A DNA stretch of 64,000 bases from an uncultured Actinomycetes bacterium (GTDB lineage Bacteria; Actinomycetota; Thermoleophilia; RBG-16-64-13). Shown here in pieces: positions 55,787 to 64,000 of the stretch. A model generated the notes under the pieces. The model made no database searches and was not told the origin of the DNA. It saw only the letters and a program-made list of their open reading frames with translations. Position 1 is the stretch's first letter. Every line of letters begins with the position of its first letter. Where the stretch lies: assembly GCA_963841735.1 (NCBI GenBank), contig CAWJDT010000003.1:1-64000 (forward strand), given 5' to 3'. A program made the position numbers and the translations under genes.

Positions 55787-56956
55787 TTGTCAGAGCCGGT
55801 TGTTCTGGTTTACGGCCCAGAACTGTCCACATATGCCTTCGCCGATGATCACCCCCTGCAGGCGACGCGCTACGTGCTGACAATGGAACTCCTACGCCGG
55901 CTGGGCTGGCTGGACGCACCCGGGGTGACCGTCGAGCCGCCTCGTCCCGCCACACTCTCAGAATTGCTGGCAACGCATGCCTACGCGTACGTACAGGCAG
56001 TACAGCTCGCCCAGGCCATCGCCCGGGACGAGCGCCCCCAGGTCGACCTCACCGTCTACGGCCTAGGCACTCCCGACGACCCGCTGTTCCCCGACATCCA
56101 TGACGCAGCGGCCCTCTATACAGGGGCCACCATCCAGGCCATGACCGCCCTGCTCGAGGGCAGGGCCATCCACACCTACAGCCCCGCCGGAGGCCAACAT
56201 CACGCCCAGCGAGCCCGGGCTTCAGGCTTCTGCATCTACAACGACTGCGCGGCCGCCATCGCCATCGCGCTGCAGGCGGGCAGGCGCGTGGCGTATTTGG
56301 ACTTCGATGCGCATCACGGAGACGGCGTCCAAGCAGCGTTCTATGAGGACCCGCGCGCGCTCACCGTGTCGGTACACGAATCAGGCGAGTACTTGTTCCC
56401 CGGCACGGGCGAGGCTCATGAGACCGGACGAGGAGAGGGCCAAGGCAGCACCATAAACGTCCCCCTCCTCCCCTACGCCGGCGACGAGGCCATCCTGTTG
56501 GCCACCGACCAGGCGGTTATTCCGGCCGTGCGAGCTTTCGGCCCCGACCTCCTCTTGGTACAGACCGGGGCCGACACACACCACGCCGACCCTTTGACCC
56601 ACCTCAACGCGACCATGTCTCTCTACCCCGCCCTGGCCGAACGTGTGCACAAACTGGCCCACGACTGCTGCGCGGGCCGTCTGCTGCTTGTAGGGGGAGG
56701 CGGATACGATCCCGCCGACGTGACCCCCCGAGCCTGGACGGCCTGGCTGGGTACGATTCTGGGACATAGCACCGACAGCGTGGCGCTGCCACAGGCCTGG
56801 CTGGACGCCTCCCGAGCCGCGGGCGGAGACCCTCCAGCCCACCTTCTGGGTGATCGGGGACCCGGCGACGCTGACCTTTGTCGACGGATAGGGTGCACAA
56901 ACCCCCCGCCACCTTGCACTCCCTTCGCGGCTTTGCTTATATTGGCACGCTCGTAA
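55787..56956 (+). CDS. AcuC-like zinc-dependent deacetylase (HDAC family)
   Basis: DHP, AGGQHHA, SGFCIYND, YLDFDAHHGDGVQ, SVHE, LFPGTG, GADTH..DPL, GGGGY; end may be frameshifted. Confidence 0.92.
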   Translation: MSEPVVLVYGPELSTYAFADDHPLQATRYVLTMELLRRLGWLDAPGVTVEPPRPATLSELLATHAYAYVQAVQLAQAIARDERPQVDLTVYGLGTPDDPLFPDIHDAAALYTGATIQAMTALLEGRAIHTYSPAGGQHHAQRARASGFCIYNDCAAAIAIALQAGRRVAYLDFDAHHGDGVQAAFYEDPRALTVSVHESGEYLFPGTGEAHETGRGEGQGSTINVPLLPYAGDEAILLATDQAVIPAVRAFGPDLLLVQTGADTHHADPLTHLNATMSLYPALAERVHKLAHDCCAGRLLLVGGGGYDPADVTPRAWTAWLGTILGHSTDSVALPQAWLDASRAAGGDPPAHLLGDRGPGDADLCRRIGCTNPPPPCTPFAALLILARS

Positions 56957-56977
56957 GTCCCAAAGGAGGAAGAAAAC

Positions 56978-57166
56978 ATGGGTGTTCCCAAAGTCGATCC
57001 CGATCTTTGCACCGGATGCGGTATCTGTGAGGATATTTGTCCGGACGTGTTCGAGATTGGCGACGACGGTCTCAGCCACGTGATCGATCCGAACGCGTGC
57101 GAAGATGCCGGCTGCTGCGAAGAAGCCGCTGACGAGTGCCCAGAAGGCGCCATTAGCATCGAGTAA
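56978..57166 (+). CDS. Monocluster ferredoxin
   Basis: CTGCGICEDICPDVF..CPEGAI; AAGGAGG SD. Confidence 0.95.
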   Translation: MGVPKVDPDLCTGCGICEDICPDVFEIGDDGLSHVIDPNACEDAGCCEEAADECPEGAISIE

Positions 57167-57216
57167 GGGCACCGCGGCCCCTCTCGCGGAGCACCATTTG
57201 TTGTTGAGCTTCACCT

Positions 57217-57256
57217 AGAAAGGCCGCCCCATCGGAGCGGTCTTTCTTGCCTTTTC
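57217..57256 (+). terminator. Intrinsic terminator after the ferredoxin
   Basis: AGAAAGGCCGC..GCGGTCTTTCT stem followed by a T-rich tract. Confidence 0.7.
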
Positions 57257-57269
57257 GAAGGGAGCAGGC

Positions 57270-57851
57270 ATGACATCATCCTATGCCGAGCCCGGTAGCG
57301 AGCGGGTCCCCCCCGGGCAGAGGCTGGTCACCGACTTCCCTGTACTCCACGCGGGCACTGTCGCGCACATCGACCGCGCCTCGTGGACTCTCACCATCTC
57401 AGGCCTGGTCGAACCTCGATTCGTGGTCGACTGGGAACAACTCACCAGTCTTCCTGCCACGGAACAGATTTCCGACCTTCACTGCGTCACGGGATGGACC
57501 AAGCTGGACACGACCTGGAAGGGAGTCAAGGTGTCCCGCCTACTGGAGGGACTAACCATCCCGCCCAACGCCAAGCACGCAGTTGTCCACGCCGCCGCCG
57601 GGTGGACCACGAACCTCCCCTTCGAGGAGCTGCTCCGGGACGATGTCCTGCTGGCCTACGAATACGACGGACGCCCCATCTCCGCCGAACACGGGGGCCC
57701 GGTGCGCCTCCTGGTGCCACGCCTATACCTCTGGAAGAGCGCCAAATGGCTCACCGGCTTCGAGTTGACCGAAGACGAGCGCTTAGGCTTCTGGGAGACC
57801 CGGGGCTATCACGCCCTTGGCGATCCCTGGCTTGAACAGCGCTACTCCTAA
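57270..57851 (+). CDS. Sulfite oxidase-like molybdopterin oxidoreductase (YuiH-like)
   Basis: RVPPGQ, FPVLH, DLHCVTGWTK, HGGPVRLLVP.LY.WKSAKW, GFWE.RGYH..GDPW.EQRY. Confidence 0.93.
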   Translation: MTSSYAEPGSERVPPGQRLVTDFPVLHAGTVAHIDRASWTLTISGLVEPRFVVDWEQLTSLPATEQISDLHCVTGWTKLDTTWKGVKVSRLLEGLTIPPNAKHAVVHAAAGWTTNLPFEELLRDDVLLAYEYDGRPISAEHGGPVRLLVPRLYLWKSAKWLTGFELTEDERLGFWETRGYHALGDPWLEQRYS

Positions 57852-57931
57852 GATGGACCCGGGTGAGGGCCGAAAGGATACGGTCCGGCCCCGTCGAAAG
57901 CTTCTGCTCATAACGGGAGAGGAGTTAAGCG

Positions 57932-59440
57932 ATCGACGCCCACACACTGTTTCGCCTGATACTCGCTGTGGCCACCGTGGCTTTCTTGGCCACGACGTGC
58001 GCTCTGGGGTTGCGACATTCCCGGTCGGGCAGGGCTGACCCGCTCATGCGGTCCTCGTTTGCAGTGCTCACGGTCATCCTGCTGGCGGCGCTATCGGTGA
58101 CTCTGGCGTTCGCTCCCCCCGCGGGCTTTGACGCCTTTCCGGTTGGCCAAGTCATGCTGCTTGTCGCCGCCGCCGCTCTCCTGTGCACCGCCTTGTCGAT
58201 GCATCGCCGCCGCGCCAGACAAACCATCCAATTAGCGGACGACGCCACTTTCGACGGCCTCACACGCCTCGCCAGCCACCGGGTATTCCAGGACCGGCTG
58301 GTGCATGAATGCGAGCGGGCCTACCGCTTCGGCGACACCTTCGTCGTCGCCATGCTCGACCTAGATAACTTCCGCTCGGTCAACGACCGCCACAGCCACC
58401 GCGTGGGCGATCAGATACTGCTCGACCTGGCCCGCCGGCTCACCGCCCAGCTGCGAGAGATCGACCTGGTCGCGCGGTTTGGAGGCGATCAGTTCACCAT
58501 GATCCTTCCGCACACGTTTGAGAAGGGCGCGATGGAGGTGGCCGAGCGCATCCGTCTGAGCGTCGCCGGGTGGGTCTTCCACTCTGTCGAGGGGTCCGAG
58601 ATTAGGCTGACCGTCAGCCTGGGACTGTGCTCCTATCCGACAGACGGCGCCTCCCCCAGCGACTTGGTCGAGGTGGCGCAGAAGGCTCTGGCATTCGCCA
58701 AGGCCATGGGCGGTAACCAGGTACAGCTCTATCGCGACATTCCCGCCAAGGAAGCCCCGGACAACGTGGTGTCACTGCCGCACACCGGCCGCGAAGCCAT
58801 CGTCCGTAGCCTAGCCGCGGCCGTGGACATCCGCGACGGCTACACTCATGCCCACGAACACCTGGTGTCGGAGCTCTCCGCTGCCGTAGCCCGCCGACTC
58901 GACCTTTCGACCACCGAGATCGCACGCATCAAGGTGGGAGCCCTGCTGCACGACGTAGGCAAGATCGGGGTACCGGACGCCATCCTCAGCAAGGAGGGCA
59001 GCCTCTCGCCCGAGGAATGGGAGTGCATCCGCCAGCACCCTATGCTGGGCAAGAAGATCCTGGAGCAGGCACCCGAGCTGACCGACGTGGTGCCGCTGGT
59101 GCTCCACCATCAGGAGCGGTACGACGGAACTGGCTACCCCGGCAATCTGCGCGGCGAGGAAATTGCCCTGGGAGCCCGCATCATCGCCGTGGCCGACGCC
59201 TACCACGCCATCATCTCCGACAGGCCGTACCGGTCGCGCCGCACCAACCAAGAGGCCACCCGCGAACTCTTGCGTTGCAGCGGGGGGCAGTTCGACCCTA
59301 ATGTGGTAAAGACTCTGCTGGAGGTCCTCCAGAGCGACAGCAACCTACGCGCCTTACTGCCCTGCGACGACGATCTGGCAGCCTCGGATGGAGACTCCGA
59401 CCTACCCCTCCCCGCGGTACTGGCCAAGAGACCTGCATAG
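57932..59440 (+). CDS. Membrane-anchored GGDEF / HD-GYP cyclic-dinucleotide signalling protein
   Basis: Three N-terminal TMs, DLDNFRSVND, REID..RFGGDQF, LLHDVGKIG, HHQERYDGTGYP, ADAYHA..DRPYR. Confidence 0.93.
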   Translation: MDAHTLFRLILAVATVAFLATTCALGLRHSRSGRADPLMRSSFAVLTVILLAALSVTLAFAPPAGFDAFPVGQVMLLVAAAALLCTALSMHRRRARQTIQLADDATFDGLTRLASHRVFQDRLVHECERAYRFGDTFVVAMLDLDNFRSVNDRHSHRVGDQILLDLARRLTAQLREIDLVARFGGDQFTMILPHTFEKGAMEVAERIRLSVAGWVFHSVEGSEIRLTVSLGLCSYPTDGASPSDLVEVAQKALAFAKAMGGNQVQLYRDIPAKEAPDNVVSLPHTGREAIVRSLAAAVDIRDGYTHAHEHLVSELSAAVARRLDLSTTEIARIKVGALLHDVGKIGVPDAILSKEGSLSPEEWECIRQHPMLGKKILEQAPELTDVVPLVLHHQERYDGTGYPGNLRGEEIALGARIIAVADAYHAIISDRPYRSRRTNQEATRELLRCSGGQFDPNVVKTLLEVLQSDSNLRALLPCDDDLAASDGDSDLPLPAVLAKRPA

Positions 59441-59482
59441 GCATGAACCATCCCTCGGCCCCCCGCAAGACGAGGTCCGCGC

Positions 59483-59953
59483 TCATCTCCTAGGCCAGGG
59501 CGGCCAACCCGAACAAGTGGTAGAACGCCACCGCCGTGAATATGGCAAGCATGGTGAGCGCAGCCGCAAGAGCCAGCCGATACGACCGGCACCGCCACAC
59601 GAGCAGGGTCGTAAGAATGATGGCGGCCATCTTGAAGAGCCCCGCCCACAACGTGACCCATCTCGAACAGCGACCGCATGATGGGATTGACCTCTCCGCC
59701 TCCATTGTCGAAGAACGTTGAGCGTCAGCAAGAAATCGGCCACGTTGAGCAGGTTGACCGTCAGCAAGACCACACGTAGGATGCCCGGCTTGTCCCGCAG
59801 ATTCACAAGAGTCCTCTCGACTGCCACGGCTGCCCCCCTCTGAGGGAACCTGCGGTCGAACCCGCGGCGCTGCTCGCGCCACACGAACCTAGAGCGCGTC
59901 CGGCGGTCGCGCCCCCTGCGGTCACAGCTGGATAGCTCGTTCTCCCCCTGCAT
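59483..59953 (-). CDS. Small membrane protein, DUF5658-like (frameshift near 59715)
   Basis: LLNVADFLLT..EA..NP.M..FK followed by TM helices, across two frames. Confidence 0.6.
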   Translation of the reverse strand: MQGENELSSCDRRGRDRRTRSRFVWREQRRGFDRRFPQRGAAVAVERTLVNLRDKPGILRVVLLTVNLLNVADFLLTLNVLRQWRRRGQSHHAVAVRDGSRCGRGSSRWPPSFLRPCSCGGAGRIGWLLRLRSPCLPYSRRWRSTTCSGWPPWPRR

Positions 59954-60234
59954 GAGATCGATTATAGCGAATGTGCCCTAGCGGGGTGCAAGGCTTTTCT
60001 CCTCAGCGCAATCCGGGCCGGGTGAGTGCTGTCCGCACCGACGATTCCGCGCGCTCCACCCCCCAGACGCGCGCCACCGGCCTCGAACACCCGTTCCGAG
60101 AGCGTTGTCGGTCTGACTTGTCTCCGGCGCGTTCATGTGGGAACTTTGCATGCGTTGGTTACCTAGAGATGCGCAAGCCGCGCAACCGCTCGCGCTACCA
60201 CGACGCGAGCGGAGTGATTCGGGCGGGAGGAGCT

Positions 60235-61077
60235 ATGCTGGAGGATTGCGGACGTTCGTTCCAACAGGGACGTCCTACCGTCGGGACTCCATGGAGGAGC
60301 ACGAGCTGGATTGGCGCAACAAGCCGTCCACCTACAAGTTCTACAGCTACGCTCAGGTCGTAAGCCTGCCCTCTCCCGCGCCTACCCACGACGAGCAGCC
60401 CGGCTCCGATCTCTGGACCTGCGTGAGTCACCGCCGAAGCGTCCGGGCATACGCCGCTGCCCCCATTTCGCTGCTGGAACTGTCCCGGTTGCTGTGGGCA
60501 TCCGCGGGCATCACTACTTCGTACATCACCCCGCACGGGCAGGACTTCTACCGAGCAGCTCCCACCGCCGGGGCCCTCTACCCCATCGAGACCTATGTGG
60601 TGGTCAACAAGGTGGAAGGCCTCGAGCAGGGTCTGTATCACTACCGGGTAGCCGGTGTGGACATTCTGGAGCGCCCCATAGTGGAGGGCAGCCATTCGCT
60701 GGAGCTCGTTAGGGCCGGCGATCTGCGCAAGGACATCGCGGCCGCCGCGTTTGACCAACCCTTCTGCGGCAAGGCGGGGGCGGTCTTCCTGTGGACGGCT
60801 GTGTTCGCGCGCTCGGAGTGGAAGTACCGGGAAAGGGCCTACCGCTACTTCTACTTAGACGCCGGCCACATGGCCGCCCAGCTGTCCTTGGCCGCGGTGG
60901 CACAGGGCCTGGGCAGTTGCCCCGTGGCCGCTTTCTATGACGACGACGTCAATGCACTGCTTGGGCATCGAGGGAAGTTCTGAGGGCATCATCTACATGA
61001 CCGCGGCCGGCAGGCCGGCCCGGCCCTTCGGCAGCGGCGGCTCCGACCCCCGCCACACCGCAAGACCTAAAGAGTAG
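60235..61077 (+). CDS. SagB/ThcOx-family nitroreductase-like dehydrogenase (frameshifted at both ends)
   Basis: KPSTYKFY, HRRSVRAY, LSRLLWAS.G, RAAPTAGALYPIETY, KYRERAYRY..LDAGH, AFYDD; GGAGGAG SD before ATG 60235. Confidence 0.9.
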
Positions 61078-61173
61078 CGGCGCCCAGCTGCAGTTCTCGA
61101 GGCGACCCGGTCCAGCCCCGCTCGCAAGGCTGTTAACATCTGCGATGGCTTTACGAGAGCTTTCACGAAGAGG

Positions 61174-62097
61174 GTGAGGAAAACCGTGAACCGAGAACCG
61201 ACCCATTGGTCCGAACGGGCGAAGCAAGATCTGCCGCCCCTGCCCTCCCCCCGACCCAGGCGCTCCGGAAGCAGGCCTCCACGCCGTAAGGCTTCCTTGG
61301 GCAACAACCCCTCAAAGGTCCTTATTATCGCGGCGACTTGCGTCTTATGCATGGGCATAATCGGCGGGGGTTTGGCCTGGTACTTCACGGCAGGCGGAGA
61401 CGACTCAGCAGGCACCGACTCAACGCCCTCTGTGTCCACCAACTCCGTGGACCCCACTACCGGCTCCGCCGACACAACCACGTCGACGTCTACTTCTTCG
61501 ACCACCTCAGATGGCGACACGTCCACCACCAGCGTGTCCGGCGGGGCGACCTCAACAACGCAGTCCGACTCTTCGACCAACTCCACCGTGCCGCCCGGCT
61601 GGGTGACCTTCCAGGACAGTAGACTCGCATTTAGTTTCCACTACCCCGAGACGTGGTTGGCGTTCCCCCTGGAACAGGCGAGCGAACTCAGCGGGCCTCC
61701 CACCCTGGGCATAGCCGTCGGCGACCCACAAGGGGTCAAGTTCGGCACCACCCCGGCAGACTACATCTTCTTCGGCGCCTACGAGGATCCCACCATGTCC
61801 GCCCCGCCCGCCGCGGAGGCCCTGACAGAGTGGGCCGCCATGACGGAGGCCGAGTGGCCCCAGCCCCTCACCACCATCGAGCAGATCACGGCCTTTCGGA
61901 TAAACGGCTTGGACGCGGCTGCAAAAATGTACAGCACAGAGGTGCAGGGGCAGCCCCTCACAATGAGAGTCTGCTTCATCTCGGCCGGGACGGTCATGTA
62001 CATATTTGTGTTCCGGGCGGAAGAACAGCTTTGGGCCACGGAGAAGATCTACTTCGACGCGGCTCTAAACAGCTTCACCGTGATCGTCAACCAGTAG
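61174..62097 (+). CDS. Hypothetical single-pass membrane protein with Thr/Ser stalk and PsbP/DcrB-like domain
   Basis: TM helix, Thr/Ser linker, W.TF.D..L.FSF.YP.TW...FDAALNSF pattern. Confidence 0.7.
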   Translation: MRKTVNREPTHWSERAKQDLPPLPSPRPRRSGSRPPRRKASLGNNPSKVLIIAATCVLCMGIIGGGLAWYFTAGGDDSAGTDSTPSVSTNSVDPTTGSADTTTSTSTSSTTSDGDTSTTSVSGGATSTTQSDSSTNSTVPPGWVTFQDSRLAFSFHYPETWLAFPLEQASELSGPPTLGIAVGDPQGVKFGTTPADYIFFGAYEDPTMSAPPAAEALTEWAAMTEAEWPQPLTTIEQITAFRINGLDAAAKMYSTEVQGQPLTMRVCFISAGTVMYIFVFRAEEQLWATEKIYFDAALNSFTVIVNQ

Positions 62098-62124
62098 ATT
62101 CACACCGTCGAGCCAGGAGGAACG

Positions 62125-62392
62125 GTGGACGCATACGAGATCATGCATGAGTGGGATCGCGCGATCGGCAACCCGGAGCGCTCCGACGCCGAGCTAGATA
62201 GAGACATCGCCTCGAAGCTCCCCTCGGGCGACTACGAGCCCTGGAAGGCACTCTTGGAGGCGCGCAACGTCGAAGCCATCAAAGAGGGCATGCGCCTGTG
62301 GGGTTTGCCCATCACGCCCCTGAAGCCTTTTGAGCTGGATGAGGCAATCGAGACAATCGAGAGAACGTACGGATCCCATCACTCCCGACTGA
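62125..62392 (+). CDS. Small hypothetical protein; end uncertain
   Basis: AGGAGGA SD before GTG. About 85 plausible codons; the ORF-track extension to 62523 looks like frameshift read-through. Confidence 0.55.
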
Positions 62393-62528
62393 CGCGGCGG
62401 CACGGCGAGGGCGGCGGCGAAGGCGCCGGCCAGAGCTGGAGGCGCGGCCCTGCGAGAGCGCGCCCCAAGCATAGCCTTTGTAGTAGAGTTGACGGGCTGA
62501 AGTGTGTGCCACGAGAGGAATAGGGCAG

Positions 62529-64000
62529 ATGCGCAGACGACCGAGCAGTCCCACCGCTCCGGCGAGCCCCGAAGCCGGGCCCCCTCGGGAGGCAGCCGTT
62601 TTCGTGCAATCGCTCTTCGAACGTGCCTCAATCGGCGTCGGGGTGGCCCACGACGAACACGTAGTCTCCTCCAATCCGGCCCTCCAGTCTCTGTTGGGCT
62701 ACTCTGCCGAAGAGCTCGCTGGTATGCACTTCACGGAGTACACGCACCCCGACGATATCCCCGTGGGCTCAGCGGTTGGTCTTGCCAGACCTAACCCCGA
62801 AAACGACTACTGGTGCCAGGAAAAGCGCTATGTAGCCAAGGACGGGCGCGTGATCTGGGGCAGGGTTGTCATCTCAGGACTGCCCGCGTCGATGCTGGGC
62901 GAGGGCTTCGCGCTGGTGATGATTGAGGACATCACCGAGCGCCGACGCGCGGAGGATGAACGACAACGCAGCCACGATCTGCTCGTTAAGCTTTCCGCCC
63001 AGATACCGGGAGAGATCTTCCAGTACCGGCTCTATCCCGACGGCCGAGCCTGCCATCCCTACGCGAGCGACGCGATAAGCGACCTGTTCGAACTGACACC
63101 TGAGTTGGTACGCGAAGACGCCAGTCAAATCATCGACCGGCTGCACCCCGCGGACCGCGGCCGGGTATCCGAACTCATCCTTGAATCCGCCCGTACCCTG
63201 AAGCAGTTCCACGCGGAGTACCGAGTCCTGCTCCCAAGGCAGGGACTGCGCTGGCACCGCTGCGACTCGTCACCCGAGCGCACCGAAGATGGAGGCACTC
63301 TCTGGCACGGGACCACCATAGACATCACCGAGCGCAAGCAGATGGAAGAGGCCCTGCGCCAGAGTGAGGAGCGCTACCGGCAACTACTGGAAGCCGCTCA
63401 CGACTGGGTGTGGGAAGTTGACGAGAATGCCCGATACACCTTCGCCAGCCCAAAGGTCAGGGAGATACTGGGCTATGAGCCCGAGGAGGTGCTGGGCAAG
63501 ACCCCATTCGACCTCATGCCGCCCGACGAAGCCGAGCGGGTGACGACTCTATTCGGCCCCCTCGCTGCCGCCAGAGGGGCGTTCTTCGACCTTGAGAACA
63601 TCAATCTTCACAAGGATGGCCATCCGGTATCGGTGGAGACCACCGGCATTCCGGCGCTTGACAAGGACGGTAACTTCCTCGGCTACAGAGGCGTGGACCG
63701 CGACGTCACCGAGCGCAAACGCGCCGGCGAGGCCCTACTCGAGAGCGAGAAACGGCTAGCGCGAGTCGCAGAAGATGGAGGCGGTCGGACGCTTGGCGGG
63801 AGGCATCGCCCACGACTTCAACAACCTTCTCACCACCATCATCGGCTATAGCGACCTGATGATGTCCGGATCTCGAGTTCGAGAGGAACCGCATGGTTCG
63901 AGGATGTGCGGGAAATCAAGGCCGCCGCCGAGCGTGCCGGCGGGCTCACCCAACAGATACTGGCCTTTTCGCGGCGGCAGAGGCTTCAGTCGGAGTTGGT
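62529..64000 (+). CDS. Multi-PAS sensor histidine kinase (CckA-like), frameshifted and truncated by the window edge
   Basis: Three PAS/PAC units (THPDD..EKRY..DITER; LHPADR..EYRV..DITERK; [14 protein letters not shown]), then [22 protein letters not shown] (HisKA) in a shifted frame. Confidence 0.92.

Noticed and set aside
60235-61077. Azole-containing RiPP cluster around the SagB-like gene
   Set aside because: No YcaO cyclodehydratase, precursor or transporter is adjacent, and stand-alone members of this family are common.

Overview
GC-rich bacterial chromosome segment, most consistent with a deep-branching Actinomycetota such as Thermoleophilia (inferred from gene order and protein style, not from a search). 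Most of it is core housekeeping on the minus strand. One ~34-kb run reads tRNAs-tig-clpP-clpX-lon-valS-folC-ndk-maf-mreBCD-mrdA-rodA-radical SAM-rng-rplU-rpmA-obgE-proB-proA-nadD-LCP-larE-cysE-pcrA. A second run reads tilS-hpt-ftsH-folE-folP-folB-folK-nadA-nadB-nadC-coaX-dusB. A plus-strand accessory block follows: deacetylase, ferredoxin, Mo-oxidoreductase, GGDEF/HD-GYP, SagB-like and PAS kinase. Dozens of frameshifts in essential genes, several at homopolymers, indicate long-read assembly error, so apparent fusions and pseudogenes need caution. The ORF track misses the most unusual gene, an uninterrupted >2170-codon secreted RHS/YD protein (6523 to the left edge). It carries DNRLRE, beta-helix and three CWB2 domains, plus two passenger domains inside the YD array, one apparently circularly permuted. 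Other leads: ATA/ATC start codons with good SD sites, a CxxC-type larE beside nadD and cysE, and a structured 230-bp intergenic region overlapping a small ORF. I cannot confirm a new system from sequence alone; these are candidates.
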